Assembly (NCBI GenBank): GCA_964387845.1
Contig: CAYLXA010000001.1
Coordinates: 320,001-384,000 of the forward strand
Length of the DNA stretch: 64,000 bases
Source: an uncultured bacterium
GTDB taxonomy: Bacteria > Omnitrophota > Omnitrophia > Omnitrophales > Abzuiibacteriaceae
Direction: 5' to 3'
The notes beneath the pieces were generated by a model that had not been told where the DNA came from, did not search any database, and saw only the letters and a program-made list of their open reading frames with translations. Positions 37,270 to 47,390 of the stretch are shown one piece after another. Made by a program: the position numbers and the translations under genes. The stretch's first letter is position 1, and each line of letters opens with the position of its first letter.

Positions 37270-39531
37270 TTACTTCCCCTTCATTAAATTCAGCGCGCTG
37301 CCGGCCTTAAACCAGGCGACCTGCTCCTGTGTAAAAGAATGCACGAGCGGCGCGTTTTCGGTTTCGCCGTTTGCGTGCATAATCACAAGCTCCAGCAAAC
37401 TTTTGGGCGCCAAAATATCAACGCCTTCGATGCTGATGCGGTCATCCGCTTTGATTTTGTCATAATCAGACGGGTTTTTGAACTTAAGCGGCAGGAGGCC
37501 CTGCTTTTTTAAATTCGTTTCATGAATCCGCGCAAAACTTTTTGCAATCACGGCTGCGCAGCCCAAATACCGCGGGCTCATCGCGGCATGTTCGCGGCTT
37601 GAGCCTTCACCATAATTTTCATCGCCGACCACAACCCAACGGAGGTTATTCTTTTTATAATCGCGCGCCACTTCCGCCGGTGTCATTTTAGTACCCTTTT
37701 GAAGCTGATTCAGGGCTGTGCCTTGCGCACCGGAAAAATCATTGTTGGCTCCGAGAAACATGTTGTCTGAAATTTTATCCAGATGGCCTCGATATTTGAG
37801 CCATGGCCCGGCTGGCGAAATATGGTCCGTCGTACATTTCCCCTTCGCTTTGAGCAGCACCGGAAGATTTTCGAAATCGCTTTCCTTCCAGGGCTTAAAC
37901 GGCTCCAATTTCTGGAGGCGCTCGCTTTGCGCATCGATTGAAACTTGCACAAAAATTCTCTCTTTTTCGGAGAGCGGCGCCAGAAATCCCGCTTCGCCTG
38001 CGGCAAATCCGCTGGAAGGAAGTTCCGGTGCTTCGGGCGGCGTCAAAAGTATTTCCTTTCCGCCGGTTTTGATTTTGTCTTTAAGCGGATTGAAATCGAG
38101 GCGGCCTGCCAGTGCATAGGCCGTCACGATTTCGGGCGAGGCGATAAAAGCCAGAGTTTCGGGATTACTATCGTTTCTCGCAGGAAAATTACGGTTAAAG
38201 GATGTAATGATCGAATTTTTCTCGCCTTTTTTGATATCGTCACGTTTCCACTGGCCAATGCAGGGGCCGCAGGCATTTGCAAGAACCGTTCCGCCGATTT
38301 CTTCTAAGGCCTGAAGCTGGCCGTCTCGCTTAATGGTGTTTTGAATTTGGTCGGATCCCGGCGTGATTAAAAAGTAGCACTGGGCTTTAATGCCGGCTTC
38401 ACGGGCCTGTTCGGCCACCTGCGCAGCGCGGCCGATATCTTCATAAGAAGAATTGGTACAACTGCCGATGAGCGCAGCTTTGATCATCGCCGGATAACCT
38501 TTTTCTTTCACGTCCTTCGCCATCTCGGAAACCGGGCGTGCCAAATCCGGCGTATGTGGGCCCACAACATGCGGCTCTAGCGCGGACAAATCAATTTCAA
38601 TCACTTCGTCATAATAAAGTTCCGGGTTTTTATCGATTTCAGGATCTGCAGTCAGAAATTTTTTGTGCTGCTCGGCGATATCCGCAATTTCTTTGCGTTT
38701 TGTGCTGCGCAAATAAGTTACCATTCGCGAATCAAACGGAAAAACAGAAGTCGTTGCGCCCAGCTCTGCGCCCATATTGGCGATTGTGCCTTTTCCGGTA
38801 CAGCTGATAGACTGCGCGCCGGATCCAAAGTATTCGACGATCTTATCCGTTCCGCCTTTCGTTGTTAAAATCCCACAAAGTTTCAAAATCACGTCCTTGG
38901 CAGAAGCCCAGCCGTTCAATTTTCCCTTTAAATGAACGCCTATCAACTTCGGGCATTTGACTTCCCAGCTGAGGCCCGACATCACATCGGCTGCATCCGC
39001 GCCGCCGACACCGATCGCCAGCATGCCAAGGCCGCCTGCATTCGGCGTGTGGGAATCCGTCCCGATCATCAACCCGCCGGGAAACGCATAGTTTTCGAGC
39101 ACAACTTGATGAATAATCCCCGCGCCGGGTTTCCAAAATCCGATCCCGTAACGCTGCGCTGCGGTTTTCAGGAATTCGTAGACTTCCTTATTGGTTTGGA
39201 CTGCATTGAGCGTGTCTTCTGCGGCACCGATCCGGGCTTGGATCAAATGATCACAATGAATGGTTGTAGGAACCGCGACGGAATTGCGCTGAGCCAGCAT
39301 GAATTGCAGGATTGCCATTTGCGCTGTCGCATCCTGCATTGCCACGCGGTCCGGCCTGAGTGAAAGATAGCTTTCGCCGCGCACGAAATCCTGGGATTTG
39401 AGATCTGTCACGTGCGTTGCCAGGATTTTTTCGGTAAGCGTGAGCGGCCGGGCTAATTTTTTTCTGAGAAAATCAACTTTACCTTCGGCAGTTGCCAAAA
39501 GGCTCTTAATCATAAAAAGCGCATCGCTCAT
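37270..39531 (-). CDS. acn: Aconitate hydratase (mitochondrial-type AcnA, ~750 aa).
   Basis: Fe–S cluster cysteines (…GSCTNSS…, ANACGPCIGQW) and a C-terminal swivel domain with the SREHAA motif. Confidence 0.9.
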   Translation of the reverse strand: MSDALFMIKSLLATAEGKVDFLRKKLARPLTLTEKILATHVTDLKSQDFVRGESYLSLRPDRVAMQDATAQMAILQFMLAQRNSVAVPTTIHCDHLIQARIGAAEDTLNAVQTNKEVYEFLKTAAQRYGIGFWKPGAGIIHQVVLENYAFPGGLMIGTDSHTPNAGGLGMLAIGVGGADAADVMSGLSWEVKCPKLIGVHLKGKLNGWASAKDVILKLCGILTTKGGTDKIVEYFGSGAQSISCTGKGTIANMGAELGATTSVFPFDSRMVTYLRSTKRKEIADIAEQHKKFLTADPEIDKNPELYYDEVIEIDLSALEPHVVGPHTPDLARPVSEMAKDVKEKGYPAMIKAALIGSCTNSSYEDIGRAAQVAEQAREAGIKAQCYFLITPGSDQIQNTIKRDGQLQALEEIGGTVLANACGPCIGQWKRDDIKKGEKNSIITSFNRNFPARNDSNPETLAFIASPEIVTAYALAGRLDFNPLKDKIKTGGKEILLTPPEAPELPSSGFAAGEAGFLAPLSEKERIFVQVSIDAQSERLQKLEPFKPWKESDFENLPVLLKAKGKCTTDHISPAGPWLKYRGHLDKISDNMFLGANNDFSGAQGTALNQLQKGTKMTPAEVARDYKKNNLRWVVVGDENYGEGSSREHAAMSPRYLGCAAVIAKSFARIHETNLKKQGLLPLKFKNPSDYDKIKADDRISIEGVDILAPKSLLELVIMHANGETENAPLVHSFTQEQVAWFKAGSALNLMKGK

Positions 39532-39544
39532 AAATGGTCCTTTA

Positions 39545-39597
39545 GAAATAGAAAACCGCAGAGAGGAATATCTCTGCGGTTTCTATTTTACAACAAA
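39545..39597 (-). terminator. Long perfect hairpin (agaaatagaaaaccgcagagag / ctctgcggtttctattt) downstream of the TIGR04073-like gene.
   Basis: Read directly. It lies between the 39604 stop and the aconitase start. Confidence 0.4.
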
Positions 39598-39603
39598 ATC
39601 TGC

Positions 39604-39951
39604 TTATTTACAGCAGTCTAATACGATGCCGCCTTCCGGAAGCGGAATATCGACTGTTGTCAGCGGGAAAGTCACCAAATGAAGTGCGCCGCCAACCGTG
39701 TCTGCGATACCGTTCCAAAGCCCGCGTCCAACCCCTTCAATGAAGTTGCCGCCGCTTTTTGCAGCTTCGTAGGGCTCGGTGAAGATTTCGCTCCATCCAA
39801 GCACCACATTGGATAACCCATAAGTGAACTTATGGAACGCTTTCTTGCCGTATGAAGAATCGGCTTTGTTCCATGCGCTCATATCAGCAGCAAATGCTGA
39901 TGAGCTTAGGATTAATAAGCAAAGAACAAAAACTGCTATTTTTTTCATCAT
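39604..39951 (-). CDS. Exosortase-system-associated small secreted protein (TIGR04073-like).
   Basis: Signal peptide MMKKIAVFVLCLLILSSSAFA and the K…YGLSNVVLGWSEIFTEP block. A paralogue lies at 48295–48960. Confidence 0.5.
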   Translation of the reverse strand: MMKKIAVFVLCLLILSSSAFAADMSAWNKADSSYGKKAFHKFTYGLSNVVLGWSEIFTEPYEAAKSGGNFIEGVGRGLWNGIADTVGGALHLVTFPLTTVDIPLPEGGIVLDCCK

Positions 39952-40030
39952 GTTAACTTCCTCCTTGTGGTGGGGTTGCCACCAATTTTGTGTCTTTATA
40001 TATCGGAAGGGGGTCAAACGAACTCAAGCA

Positions 40031-40252
40031 CTAAAAACTGAGGGCAAGTTTCTTAAAGAATTCAATACCTGCAGGATAGACGTAAAGTATTATAATAAAA
40101 CAAGTTGGGATTAATATAAGCCAATTGATTAGGAGGCGGGTTTGAGGATTTTTGACCCGGATAGGCAAAATAGTGGATAAGGTAAGAGCCAGAGCAGCGA
40201 TCAGAGCCAAAACCCACGGATTAGATAAAATTTCATTCATTTGACACCTCAA
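40031..40252 (-). CDS. Small two-TM membrane protein (hypothetical).
   Basis: 73 aa hydrophobic ORF just downstream of dinB. Confidence 0.3.
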   Translation of the reverse strand: MRCQMNEILSNPWVLALIAALALTLSTILPIRVKNPQTRLLINWLILIPTCFIIILYVYPAGIEFFKKLALSF

Positions 40253-41336
40253 AAAGTTCGGCCTGAACCGCCTCAGCCGGCATCTCCCCCAATTCCCGAA
40301 GCCCGCTTAAACCCAACCCCAACAGTCTAACCGGTTTTTTGCCTGCCAGGGTCTTTTTTTGAAGAAGTTCGGCCGCTATTTGATAAATCTCGCGCCAGTT
40401 TTTGGGCTCATGCTGAAGGGTAAACGACCTGGTAATCAGCTCAAAATCATGATATTTCACCTTCAAAACCACCGTCCGGCCCATCCTGCCCTCTTGTTTG
40501 AGCTCGCTGAAAATATATTCCGCGTATTCTTCAAGCTTTGAACGAAGCGGCGCAAGTGCGGTGATATTTTTCTCGAACGTCTCTTCCGTGCTGAATTGCT
40601 TTGATTCCGTATAAGGCTCGACTTCCCGCTCATCGATTCCCTGCGCCGTTTGATAAAGCCAGCGGCCGGTTTTCCCGAATTTATTGATTAAGAACGAGAT
40701 ATCGGCACCGGCAAGCTCTCCGCAGGTTTTGATTCCCAGGCCCAAAAGCCGTGCTTCTGTTTTGGGGCCAACACCCGGAATCTTTCGGACCGGTAAATCT
40801 TCAAGAAAGCTCGTAATCTGATCGGGCCGAATCACAGTCAGTCCGTCCGGTTTTTTAAAATCAGAGGCGACTTTCGCCAAAAATAAATTAGGCGCTACAC
40901 CGGCAGACGCTGTCAGCTTGGTTACGGCAAAAATATTCTGCTTGATTAGTGACGCGATCACTTTCGGATCCTGGATATTTAATTTATGCTTCGTAACATC
41001 CAAATACGCTTCGTCAAGAGACATGGCTTCCATGAGATCAGTGTGCTGATGCAGAATTGACATGACTTGATCGGATGCTTTCCGATATTTTTCGAAATGA
41101 GGCCTGACAAATATCGCTTGCGGGCAAAGCCGGCGCGCTTGAGCTGCCGGCATCGCGGAGTGAATCCCGAATTTGCGCGCTTCATAAGAAGCCGTACTGA
41201 CCACGCCGCGGCCGAAAGGATCGCCGCCCACCACAACCGGTTTTCCGCGTAATTTTGGATTATCGCGTTGCTCGACAGACGCGAAAAACGCGTCCATATC
41301 AATGTGAATAATTTTTCTAGGCCAGATGGTCTTCAA
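40233..41336 (-). CDS. dinB: DNA polymerase IV (Y-family).
   Basis: IIHIDMDAFFASVEQRDNPKLRGKPVVVGG, 367 aa. Confidence 0.85.
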   Translation of the reverse strand: MKTIWPRKIIHIDMDAFFASVEQRDNPKLRGKPVVVGGDPFGRGVVSTASYEARKFGIHSAMPAAQARRLCPQAIFVRPHFEKYRKASDQVMSILHQHTDLMEAMSLDEAYLDVTKHKLNIQDPKVIASLIKQNIFAVTKLTASAGVAPNLFLAKVASDFKKPDGLTVIRPDQITSFLEDLPVRKIPGVGPKTEARLLGLGIKTCGELAGADISFLINKFGKTGRWLYQTAQGIDEREVEPYTESKQFSTEETFEKNITALAPLRSKLEEYAEYIFSELKQEGRMGRTVVLKVKYHDFELITRSFTLQHEPKNWREIYQIAAELLQKKTLAGKKPVRLLGLGLSGLRELGEMPAEAVQAELFEVSNE

Positions 41337-41352
41337 AGGAAGGTAATGCTAA

Positions 41353-41553
41353 TTAATCGTTTCTTAATTCGCCGCTTGCTACTTTTTGATTATGACGGTC
41401 AACCGCTTCATTGTAACCGTCAACCGACTGTTTGGCTTGATTGGCAATTTCGGGATGGTCTTCAAGATACTTTTCGGAAGCTTTCGCTATCCAAACAACC
41501 AAAATAATGACAATTAAAATCGAGATACCGACGCATATCCAAAATTGTTTCAT
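41353..41553 (-). CDS. Small membrane-anchored protein (hypothetical).
   Basis: 66 aa, N-terminal TM helix. Weak. Confidence 0.25.
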   Translation of the reverse strand: MKQFWICVGISILIVIILVVWIAKASEKYLEDHPEIANQAKQSVDGYNEAVDRHNQKVASGELRND

Positions 41554-41626
41554 AACGATCTCTCCGAAAGTAAAAGAATAATAGCATACTCATGGTTTTC
41601 CTGCAAAATCTAAGTTATAATTCGCC

Positions 41627-42634
41627 ATGCTTGTTCTAAAAACTCTTAAGCTAGACTCTCCCGCGATCCAATCTCCCATGGCGGGCTGCACAGACCTTGC
41701 GTTTCGCCTGATCGGACGCCAGCATGGGATGGAGCTTGCCTTCTGTGAAATGCTTTCATCGGAAGCGCTGATCCGAGACACCAAAGAGACTTACGAATTA
41801 ATGAAGCGCCTGCCGGAAGATAAGCCGCTCGGAGCGCAGATCGTAGGTGATAAACCGGCCTCGATGGCAGAGGCGGCGGCAAAACTCGAATCACTCGGGT
41901 TTGACATCATCGACATGAACCTCGGCTGCCCCGTTCCCAAAATCACATCCAAAGGCGGCGGCTCGGCGCTTCTCGTTAAGCCGGACCTTGCGAAAAAAAT
42001 TTTTGATGCTGTCGTGAGAGCCGTTAAAAATGTACCGGTCAGTGTCAAAGTCAGAGCTGGATATGAAGACGCCTCCGGAAAAGAAGCTGTCCTGATTGCC
42101 AAACTCGCGGAAGATGCCGGAATTTCGGCGGTAAGCGTTCATGGCCGCACGCGCGCACAGCGTTACGTCGGCCCTGCAGACTGGAGCACGATCACCAAAG
42201 TCAAGGAAGCCGTGAAAATCCCCGTGATCGGAAACGGTGATATATTTTCGTGGCACAATGCGGTCAAAATGAGGCAAGAAACAAACTGCGACGCCGTCAT
42301 GGTCAGCCGCGGCGGGCTTGGAAATCCCTGGATTTACAAACAAATCAAAGCGGCATTGTCGGGCGAGCCGGTCCCGAATGACCCGACCTTCGAAGAATTA
42401 AAAGAAACGCTCCTCAAACATATGGAGCTTGAAGTGGAGCACTACGGAGAACATTTCGGGCTTCTGCAAATGCGCAAAGTCGCGTGCTGGTTTTTCGATG
42501 AAATGCACGGGGTGTCGGAATTCCGGAAGCAGATTAATGTGTGTTCTGATTTGAATTTGATGCGGGAATTAATCGCAAAATTCGATCCACGAATTTCCGC
42601 ACATGCCGCTCAACCCAGGTCAGCTCTTCATTAA
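41627..42634 (+). CDS. dus: tRNA-dihydrouridine synthase.
   Basis: SPMAGCTDLAFR…, TIM-barrel FMN blocks (DMNLGCPVPK, VKVRAG, SVHGRTR). Confidence 0.8.
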   Translation: MLVLKTLKLDSPAIQSPMAGCTDLAFRLIGRQHGMELAFCEMLSSEALIRDTKETYELMKRLPEDKPLGAQIVGDKPASMAEAAAKLESLGFDIIDMNLGCPVPKITSKGGGSALLVKPDLAKKIFDAVVRAVKNVPVSVKVRAGYEDASGKEAVLIAKLAEDAGISAVSVHGRTRAQRYVGPADWSTITKVKEAVKIPVIGNGDIFSWHNAVKMRQETNCDAVMVSRGGLGNPWIYKQIKAALSGEPVPNDPTFEELKETLLKHMELEVEHYGEHFGLLQMRKVACWFFDEMHGVSEFRKQINVCSDLNLMRELIAKFDPRISAHAAQPRSALH

Positions 42635-43874
42635 TCGATAAATAAGGCAAAATCAGAAGAATCGAAAGCGAAAACAGCGCTGAAATCAAAATCAGCGGTT
42701 TCAGTCCGATGATAGTAAACAGAAACCCGCCCAAAACGTCGGAACCCATCAAACCTAAGTTTAGAAATGACGACAAAAACGCAAACACCGTTCCGCCGGC
42801 GTATAAGGGTGATACTTTTGCGGCCAAATTGAGAACTGCCAAGTACATAACCGCCTGAATTGCCGCAAGTAAAAATGTAGAAATAATGGTAATCTGCCGG
42901 GCAGCGCTCGGATTGCCGACGACAAACGGCGTGAAATAAATATAATAAAATAAAGTCACCGCAACGCCGAGAAAAATCGCAAGTACCAGCAGTTTCCGAA
43001 TGGGATATTCGGAAAATTTCCGGCCGAAAATAATAGCACCGATCAGGCTTGAAAAACCTGCCACCGCCTGAACCAGCCCCAAAAATTCGCCGTCGAATTT
43101 CAAAACATCCACTGAATAATAAAAGAAAGGTGACCCGAATGACGGTGAAAAGTTCCACAAAAAGAAAAAGGCCGCCAGCAGCCACAAATCTCTTTTCCGG
43201 AAAAGTTCTTTCAGGTGTGAATAATCCATTTTCTCAAGCCGGTCTGCTTTTTCTTCTTTGATTAAGAAAAAGGCCAGGACTGCGGTGATCAGCGGAAAAA
43301 TGGCGGTGATTTGAAAGATCGATTGATATGAAATGGTACCGCGCCGGGCTTGCTCCGAAATATAGCCGCCGAAAAGTGCGGTGAAAATGATTGCCGTGTA
43401 AACCGCCGACCACTGGATAGATTGAAACTTCCCCGTCAAATTAAACGGCTTGCCGCTTTCTACCATCAATCCGTCCGTCACGACATCCTGAAATGCGTAA
43501 GCCATGTACGAAAACGTGATGAAAGCCAATAAAATCAGCGCGCTGTATTGTTTGAGGGAAGCGAGAAAAATCCAAATGCAGCAAGCGACCAAAGAGGCTG
43601 CAATCAAGTAAGACTTCCGGCGGTAGCCGAAAATCGGATACGAATCCGAAAAATAGCCCCAAAGCGGTTTGATCACCCAAGCCAGGACGATGACAGCTTG
43701 AAAATACGACATGCCGGCCGGCGTAATATTCAGGACCTCTTTTAATAAAAATTTAATGGCTAAATTCGGGAGCGCCGCCAATCCGTTCGTTGAAAAAAAG
43801 TAGACGGCGGAAAAGAGAATGCAAAACTTCAGGTAGGTTTTCTTATCCATCAATCTAGCGGCGGGCGCCCTCAA
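42534..43874 (-). CDS. Folate-biopterin transporter (BT1/FBT) family MFS transporter.
   Basis: 12 TM segments with an FBT-like N-terminal block (LAIKFLLKEVLNITPAG…VIKPLWGYFSD). Its 3' end overlaps dus convergently by ~100 bp. Confidence 0.55.
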   Translation of the reverse strand: MRAPAARLMDKKTYLKFCILFSAVYFFSTNGLAALPNLAIKFLLKEVLNITPAGMSYFQAVIVLAWVIKPLWGYFSDSYPIFGYRRKSYLIAASLVACCIWIFLASLKQYSALILLAFITFSYMAYAFQDVVTDGLMVESGKPFNLTGKFQSIQWSAVYTAIIFTALFGGYISEQARRGTISYQSIFQITAIFPLITAVLAFFLIKEEKADRLEKMDYSHLKELFRKRDLWLLAAFFFLWNFSPSFGSPFFYYSVDVLKFDGEFLGLVQAVAGFSSLIGAIIFGRKFSEYPIRKLLVLAIFLGVAVTLFYYIYFTPFVVGNPSAARQITIISTFLLAAIQAVMYLAVLNLAAKVSPLYAGGTVFAFLSSFLNLGLMGSDVLGGFLFTIIGLKPLILISALFSLSILLILPYLSINEELTWVERHVRKFVDRILRLIPASNSNQNTH

Positions 43875-46026
43875 GTGCCCGCACTGCGGGAAGGTACATT
43901 TTTTCGATGTATTCGATCAGCATCCGCTCCATCGAAAAATCCTGCATCATCGTCTTCATAGAATCTTTCATCATCTTGACCCAGCCGGGCGAATAAGAAA
44001 GCTTCTTCGGCCGTTCAAAGTAAAGCGGCAGGACCGTATTCTCAAGCAACTGGAACAGTTCTTTGCGATCCTTCTCGCCGCTTGCTTCATCGCCTGAGCC
44101 GAAAATCCAGCCGTTTTCACCATGCCGGACCCCTTCGGCAACCCAGCCGTCCGAAATTGAAATATTCAGAATTCCATTGGCGCCTGCTTTCATACCGCTT
44201 GTGCCGCTGGCTTCCAACGGGCGAATCGGGTTGTTGAGCCAAACATCAACACCTGATACCAGCCGCCTGGCAAGTGCAATATCATAACCCTCCACAAACA
44301 TAATTTGAGCCTTAAACTTGCGCTGCTGAGCCCGCTTCCGAAGACGGCTTGATATTTCATAGATATGCTTGATCTGATCGCGGCCTTGATAATTGTTGGG
44401 GTGCGGTTTCCCGGCAAAAATAATATGCACCGGCTGTCCATATTTTTTGTATGCGTTTTCCAAAAATGAAAAAAGGCGTTCTTCATCGTCGAGAAAAAAT
44501 GTGATGCGTTTATACCCCGCGAAGCGGCGCGCAAAACCGATCACAAATGCATTTGGATCAAGAAGCGCATGAATTACGTCCGCGACTTCCTCGGGACTTT
44601 TGTTGGCACGCAGCAAATGATAGGCTAGTCTTTCGCGAAGCTCCACGATCATGCGCTCTTTCCGGTATAAATGGACTTTCCACAACACTTCATCGTCGAT
44701 GGAATTGATTTTTGCCGGCCCGCCTGCCTTATCGACAATTCCTTGAATCTCGGGAGATGTCCAATATGGAATATGAACGCCGTTTGTGATCGAATCAATC
44801 GGCGGCGTAAAAGATTTTCCGTCTTGATTGCCCCAGGCGTAATGCCACATCTTTCGGCATACCTCTCCGTGCAGCTTGCTGACACCATTTCTAAAAACAC
44901 CGGAAAATAAAAGAGATAGTTTGGTCATGTCGAATTCGTCTTTTTCGTTCCGCGCACAATTAAAAATAACTTCCTGTTCATCGGGTGATAAAAATTTAGC
45001 CAAGTAAGGCCCAAGCTGGCGGCGGACGAGCGCTTCATTGAAACGTTCATTACCTTCCGGAACCGGCGTATGGGTTGTGAAACCGATGATTTTTGCGGCG
45101 CGCTCGCGCGCTTCTTGAAATGGCAAATGATCGTTTGCCATGATCTGCCGGATTACTTCGAAAGCGGCAAACGCAACGTGGCCTTCGTTTAAATGATAAA
45201 CCGCAGGCTGATATCCGGCTGCTTCGAGTGCCCGGACACCGCCGATCCCGAGCACGAGCTCCTGCTCAATGCGGCGTTTGCGCTCATCATCGTATTGCTT
45301 TTCAGATGCATAAAGGCGCCTCGATAAATGCCTGTCGTGAACCGGATTTTGGCTGACGTTTGTATCGAGCAGCAAAAGCTCGACGCGGCCGACGCGCACT
45401 TTCCACACTTTGGCGTAAACAATCCGGTCATCGACTGTGATATCGATAAGCAAATCCTCTGTCGTGCCTTTTCGTTTAACTGCTTCAAGCGGCAAATATT
45501 CCCTCACGTGTGCACGCGGCGGAACAATGGAATCATAAGCCACCTGCATTTCGCCTTCATCCGTCACCTTTTGCTCGTAATATCCCTGAAGATAAAAAAG
45601 CCCGACAGCAACGAGCTTAATGCCCAAGTCACTTGCGCCGCGGACATGGTCACCCGAAAGGATTCCGAGGCCGCCGGAATAAATTTTGAGCGTATCAAAA
45701 CCGTACTCCATTGAAAAATAGGCCACGGTTTTATCTTTTAATTCGGGATAACGTTCGGAAACAATTGTTTTGGATGGATTGATATATTTTTGATACTCGT
45801 CTTTGACTTTCTCGAAAGTTCTTTGGTAGGACTTGTCGATCACAAGTTCGGCAAAACGTTTTTCATAATGAATCGGATTTTCGGCGCGAAGTGCTAAAAA
45901 ACGGTAGGGATTTTTATTGGCAAGCGACCAAATGTGCGGGCTGAAGCCGTGGAAAAGCTGTTTGGCGTCCGGACTCCACTCATTCCAAAGATTAGAAGCA
46001 ATTTCTTTTAGAAAGCGGTCCATCAA
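43855..46026 (-). CDS. glgP: Alpha-glucan phosphorylase (GT35, GlgP/MalP-like with DUF3417-type N-terminus).
   Basis: PLP-lysine motif EASGTSGMKAGANG, 723 aa. Confidence 0.85.
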   Translation of the reverse strand: MMDRFLKEIASNLWNEWSPDAKQLFHGFSPHIWSLANKNPYRFLALRAENPIHYEKRFAELVIDKSYQRTFEKVKDEYQKYINPSKTIVSERYPELKDKTVAYFSMEYGFDTLKIYSGGLGILSGDHVRGASDLGIKLVAVGLFYLQGYYEQKVTDEGEMQVAYDSIVPPRAHVREYLPLEAVKRKGTTEDLLIDITVDDRIVYAKVWKVRVGRVELLLLDTNVSQNPVHDRHLSRRLYASEKQYDDERKRRIEQELVLGIGGVRALEAAGYQPAVYHLNEGHVAFAAFEVIRQIMANDHLPFQEARERAAKIIGFTTHTPVPEGNERFNEALVRRQLGPYLAKFLSPDEQEVIFNCARNEKDEFDMTKLSLLFSGVFRNGVSKLHGEVCRKMWHYAWGNQDGKSFTPPIDSITNGVHIPYWTSPEIQGIVDKAGGPAKINSIDDEVLWKVHLYRKERMIVELRERLAYHLLRANKSPEEVADVIHALLDPNAFVIGFARRFAGYKRITFFLDDEERLFSFLENAYKKYGQPVHIIFAGKPHPNNYQGRDQIKHIYEISSRLRKRAQQRKFKAQIMFVEGYDIALARRLVSGVDVWLNNPIRPLEASGTSGMKAGANGILNISISDGWVAEGVRHGENGWIFGSGDEASGEKDRKELFQLLENTVLPLYFERPKKLSYSPGWVKMMKDSMKTMMQDFSMERMLIEYIEKMYLPAVRALEGARR

Positions 46027-46047
46027 AACTCGAAGGTTAGAATGAAA

Positions 46048-47145
46048 TCAGATTCTGACTTTTGTTTGAATCTTTTCGATAATGGCCTGCGCCATTTCTT
46101 TGGTGCCGACTGCCGTCGGGTCATCACGATTTTGTTTCAAATCATAGGTAACGCTCTTTCCTTCACGAATGACAGCTGCTACCGCATTTTCAAGTTTTTT
46201 TGCGGCTTCTTCTTCACCGAGATGCTGCAGCATCAAAACGCCTGACAGAATAACAGCGGTTGGGTTTACTTTGTTCAAGCCCGCATATTTCGGCGCAGAA
46301 CCATGCGTCGCTTCAAAAATCGCCGCGCCGCCGATTCCAATGTTAGCGCCCGGCGCAATCCCGAGCCCGCCGATAAGCCCCGCGCAAACGTCCGAAATAA
46401 TATCACCATAGAGATTCGGGAGCACGATTACATCATACAGCTCGGGTTTTTGAACGAGCTGCATGCACATATTGTCCACAATCCGGTCTTCAAATTCGAT
46501 ATTGGGATATTTTTTTGCCACTTCGCGCGAAACTTCAAGCCACAAACCGTCCGAATACTTCATGATGTTAGCTTTATGGACAGACGTCACTTTTTTGCGC
46601 TTATACTTCACGGCATAATCAAAAGCAAATTTGACGATACGCTCCGTTCCGGAAACAGAGATGGGCTTAATGCTCACGCCTGAATCCGGGCGAATCGGCT
46701 GCTTGGAAAGAGACGAGCAAAGATCGAGAACCTGCTTTGCTTCCGGCGTTCCCTTCTGGAACTCGATGCCGGCGTATAAATCTTCAGTATTTTCACGGAC
46801 AATTACCAAATCGATGTTTTTATATTTGGAACGGACGCCTTCATAAGATTTACAGGGACGAAGGCAAGCAAACAGGTCAAACTTTTTGCGGAGTGCTACA
46901 TTGACGGAACGAAAACCTTTTCCGACCGGGGTTGTAATGGGCGCTTTGATGGCAACTTTGTTCTTTTCGATGGATTTGAGAAGTTCATCGGGAAGCGGCG
47001 TTCCCACCTTCTCCATAATATCGACGCCGGCTTCTTGGATATCCCAATTGATTTTGACGCCCGTCGCATCAATGCAGCGCTTAGCAGCTTCGGCAAGCTC
47101 AGGGCCCGTTCCATCACCGCGGATGAGTGTAATATCGTAAGCCAT
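46048..47145 (-). CDS. NAD-dependent isocitrate dehydrogenase (isocitrate/isopropylmalate dehydrogenase family).
   Basis: [11 protein letters not shown]-terminus and NLYGDIISD block. The start was placed at MAYDITL. TCA-cycle gene context. Confidence 0.65.
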   Translation of the reverse strand: MAYDITLIRGDGTGPELAEAAKRCIDATGVKINWDIQEAGVDIMEKVGTPLPDELLKSIEKNKVAIKAPITTPVGKGFRSVNVALRKKFDLFACLRPCKSYEGVRSKYKNIDLVIVRENTEDLYAGIEFQKGTPEAKQVLDLCSSLSKQPIRPDSGVSIKPISVSGTERIVKFAFDYAVKYKRKKVTSVHKANIMKYSDGLWLEVSREVAKKYPNIEFEDRIVDNMCMQLVQKPELYDVIVLPNLYGDIISDVCAGLIGGLGIAPGANIGIGGAAIFEATHGSAPKYAGLNKVNPTAVILSGVLMLQHLGEEEAAKKLENAVAAVIREGKSVTYDLKQNRDDPTAVGTKEMAQAIIEKIQTKVRI

Positions 47146-47229
47146 TTTTAATTTCCCTTCTCTTGCATGAATTGCTATGATGAGCGCTTCGGAAAGTGAA
47201 ATCGTAACAAATCTATGCGGGTATTTCAA

Positions 47230-47390
47230 CAGATTATCCGCCTACGCAGAAAATACTTTTGTCAGCCTGCGTAGGACGGATCCTACGAAGCTCCGCTGCT
47301 ATAGACGGAGCGTAGTAGGATTACCATTGCTTCGGCGGATTCCGCCGACAAGTAAGGTATCACGGGCCTTAAGCCCGCGAGGCTTCATAT
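47230..47390. repeat. Stack of three or four consecutive hairpins (cctacgcag…ctgcgtagg; atcctacgaagctccg…cggagcgtagtaggat; cggcggattccgccg).
   Basis: Read directly in the 160 nt divergent spacer between the IDH gene and suhB. Confidence 0.55.

Noticed and set aside
42534-42634. 100 bp convergent overlap of dus and the FBT transporter, read as evidence of a gene fusion or mis-assembly
   Set aside because: The genes are on opposite strands, and each has complete family-typical termini. The overlap probably reflects a slightly over-extended 3' end call for one of them.
2163-43185. Numerous 60–180 aa antisense or out-of-frame ORFs inside large genes (for example 2163–2426, 5998–6444, 12112–12498, 16684–17215, 20945–21324, 37710–38307, 42631–43185, 52328–52795)
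   Set aside because: They are embedded opposite or out of frame in well-supported enzymes (PabB-like, MIPS, SucD, SdhA, Ppc, aconitase, FBT, PepA). They have atypical composition and lack RBSs. They were treated as noise.
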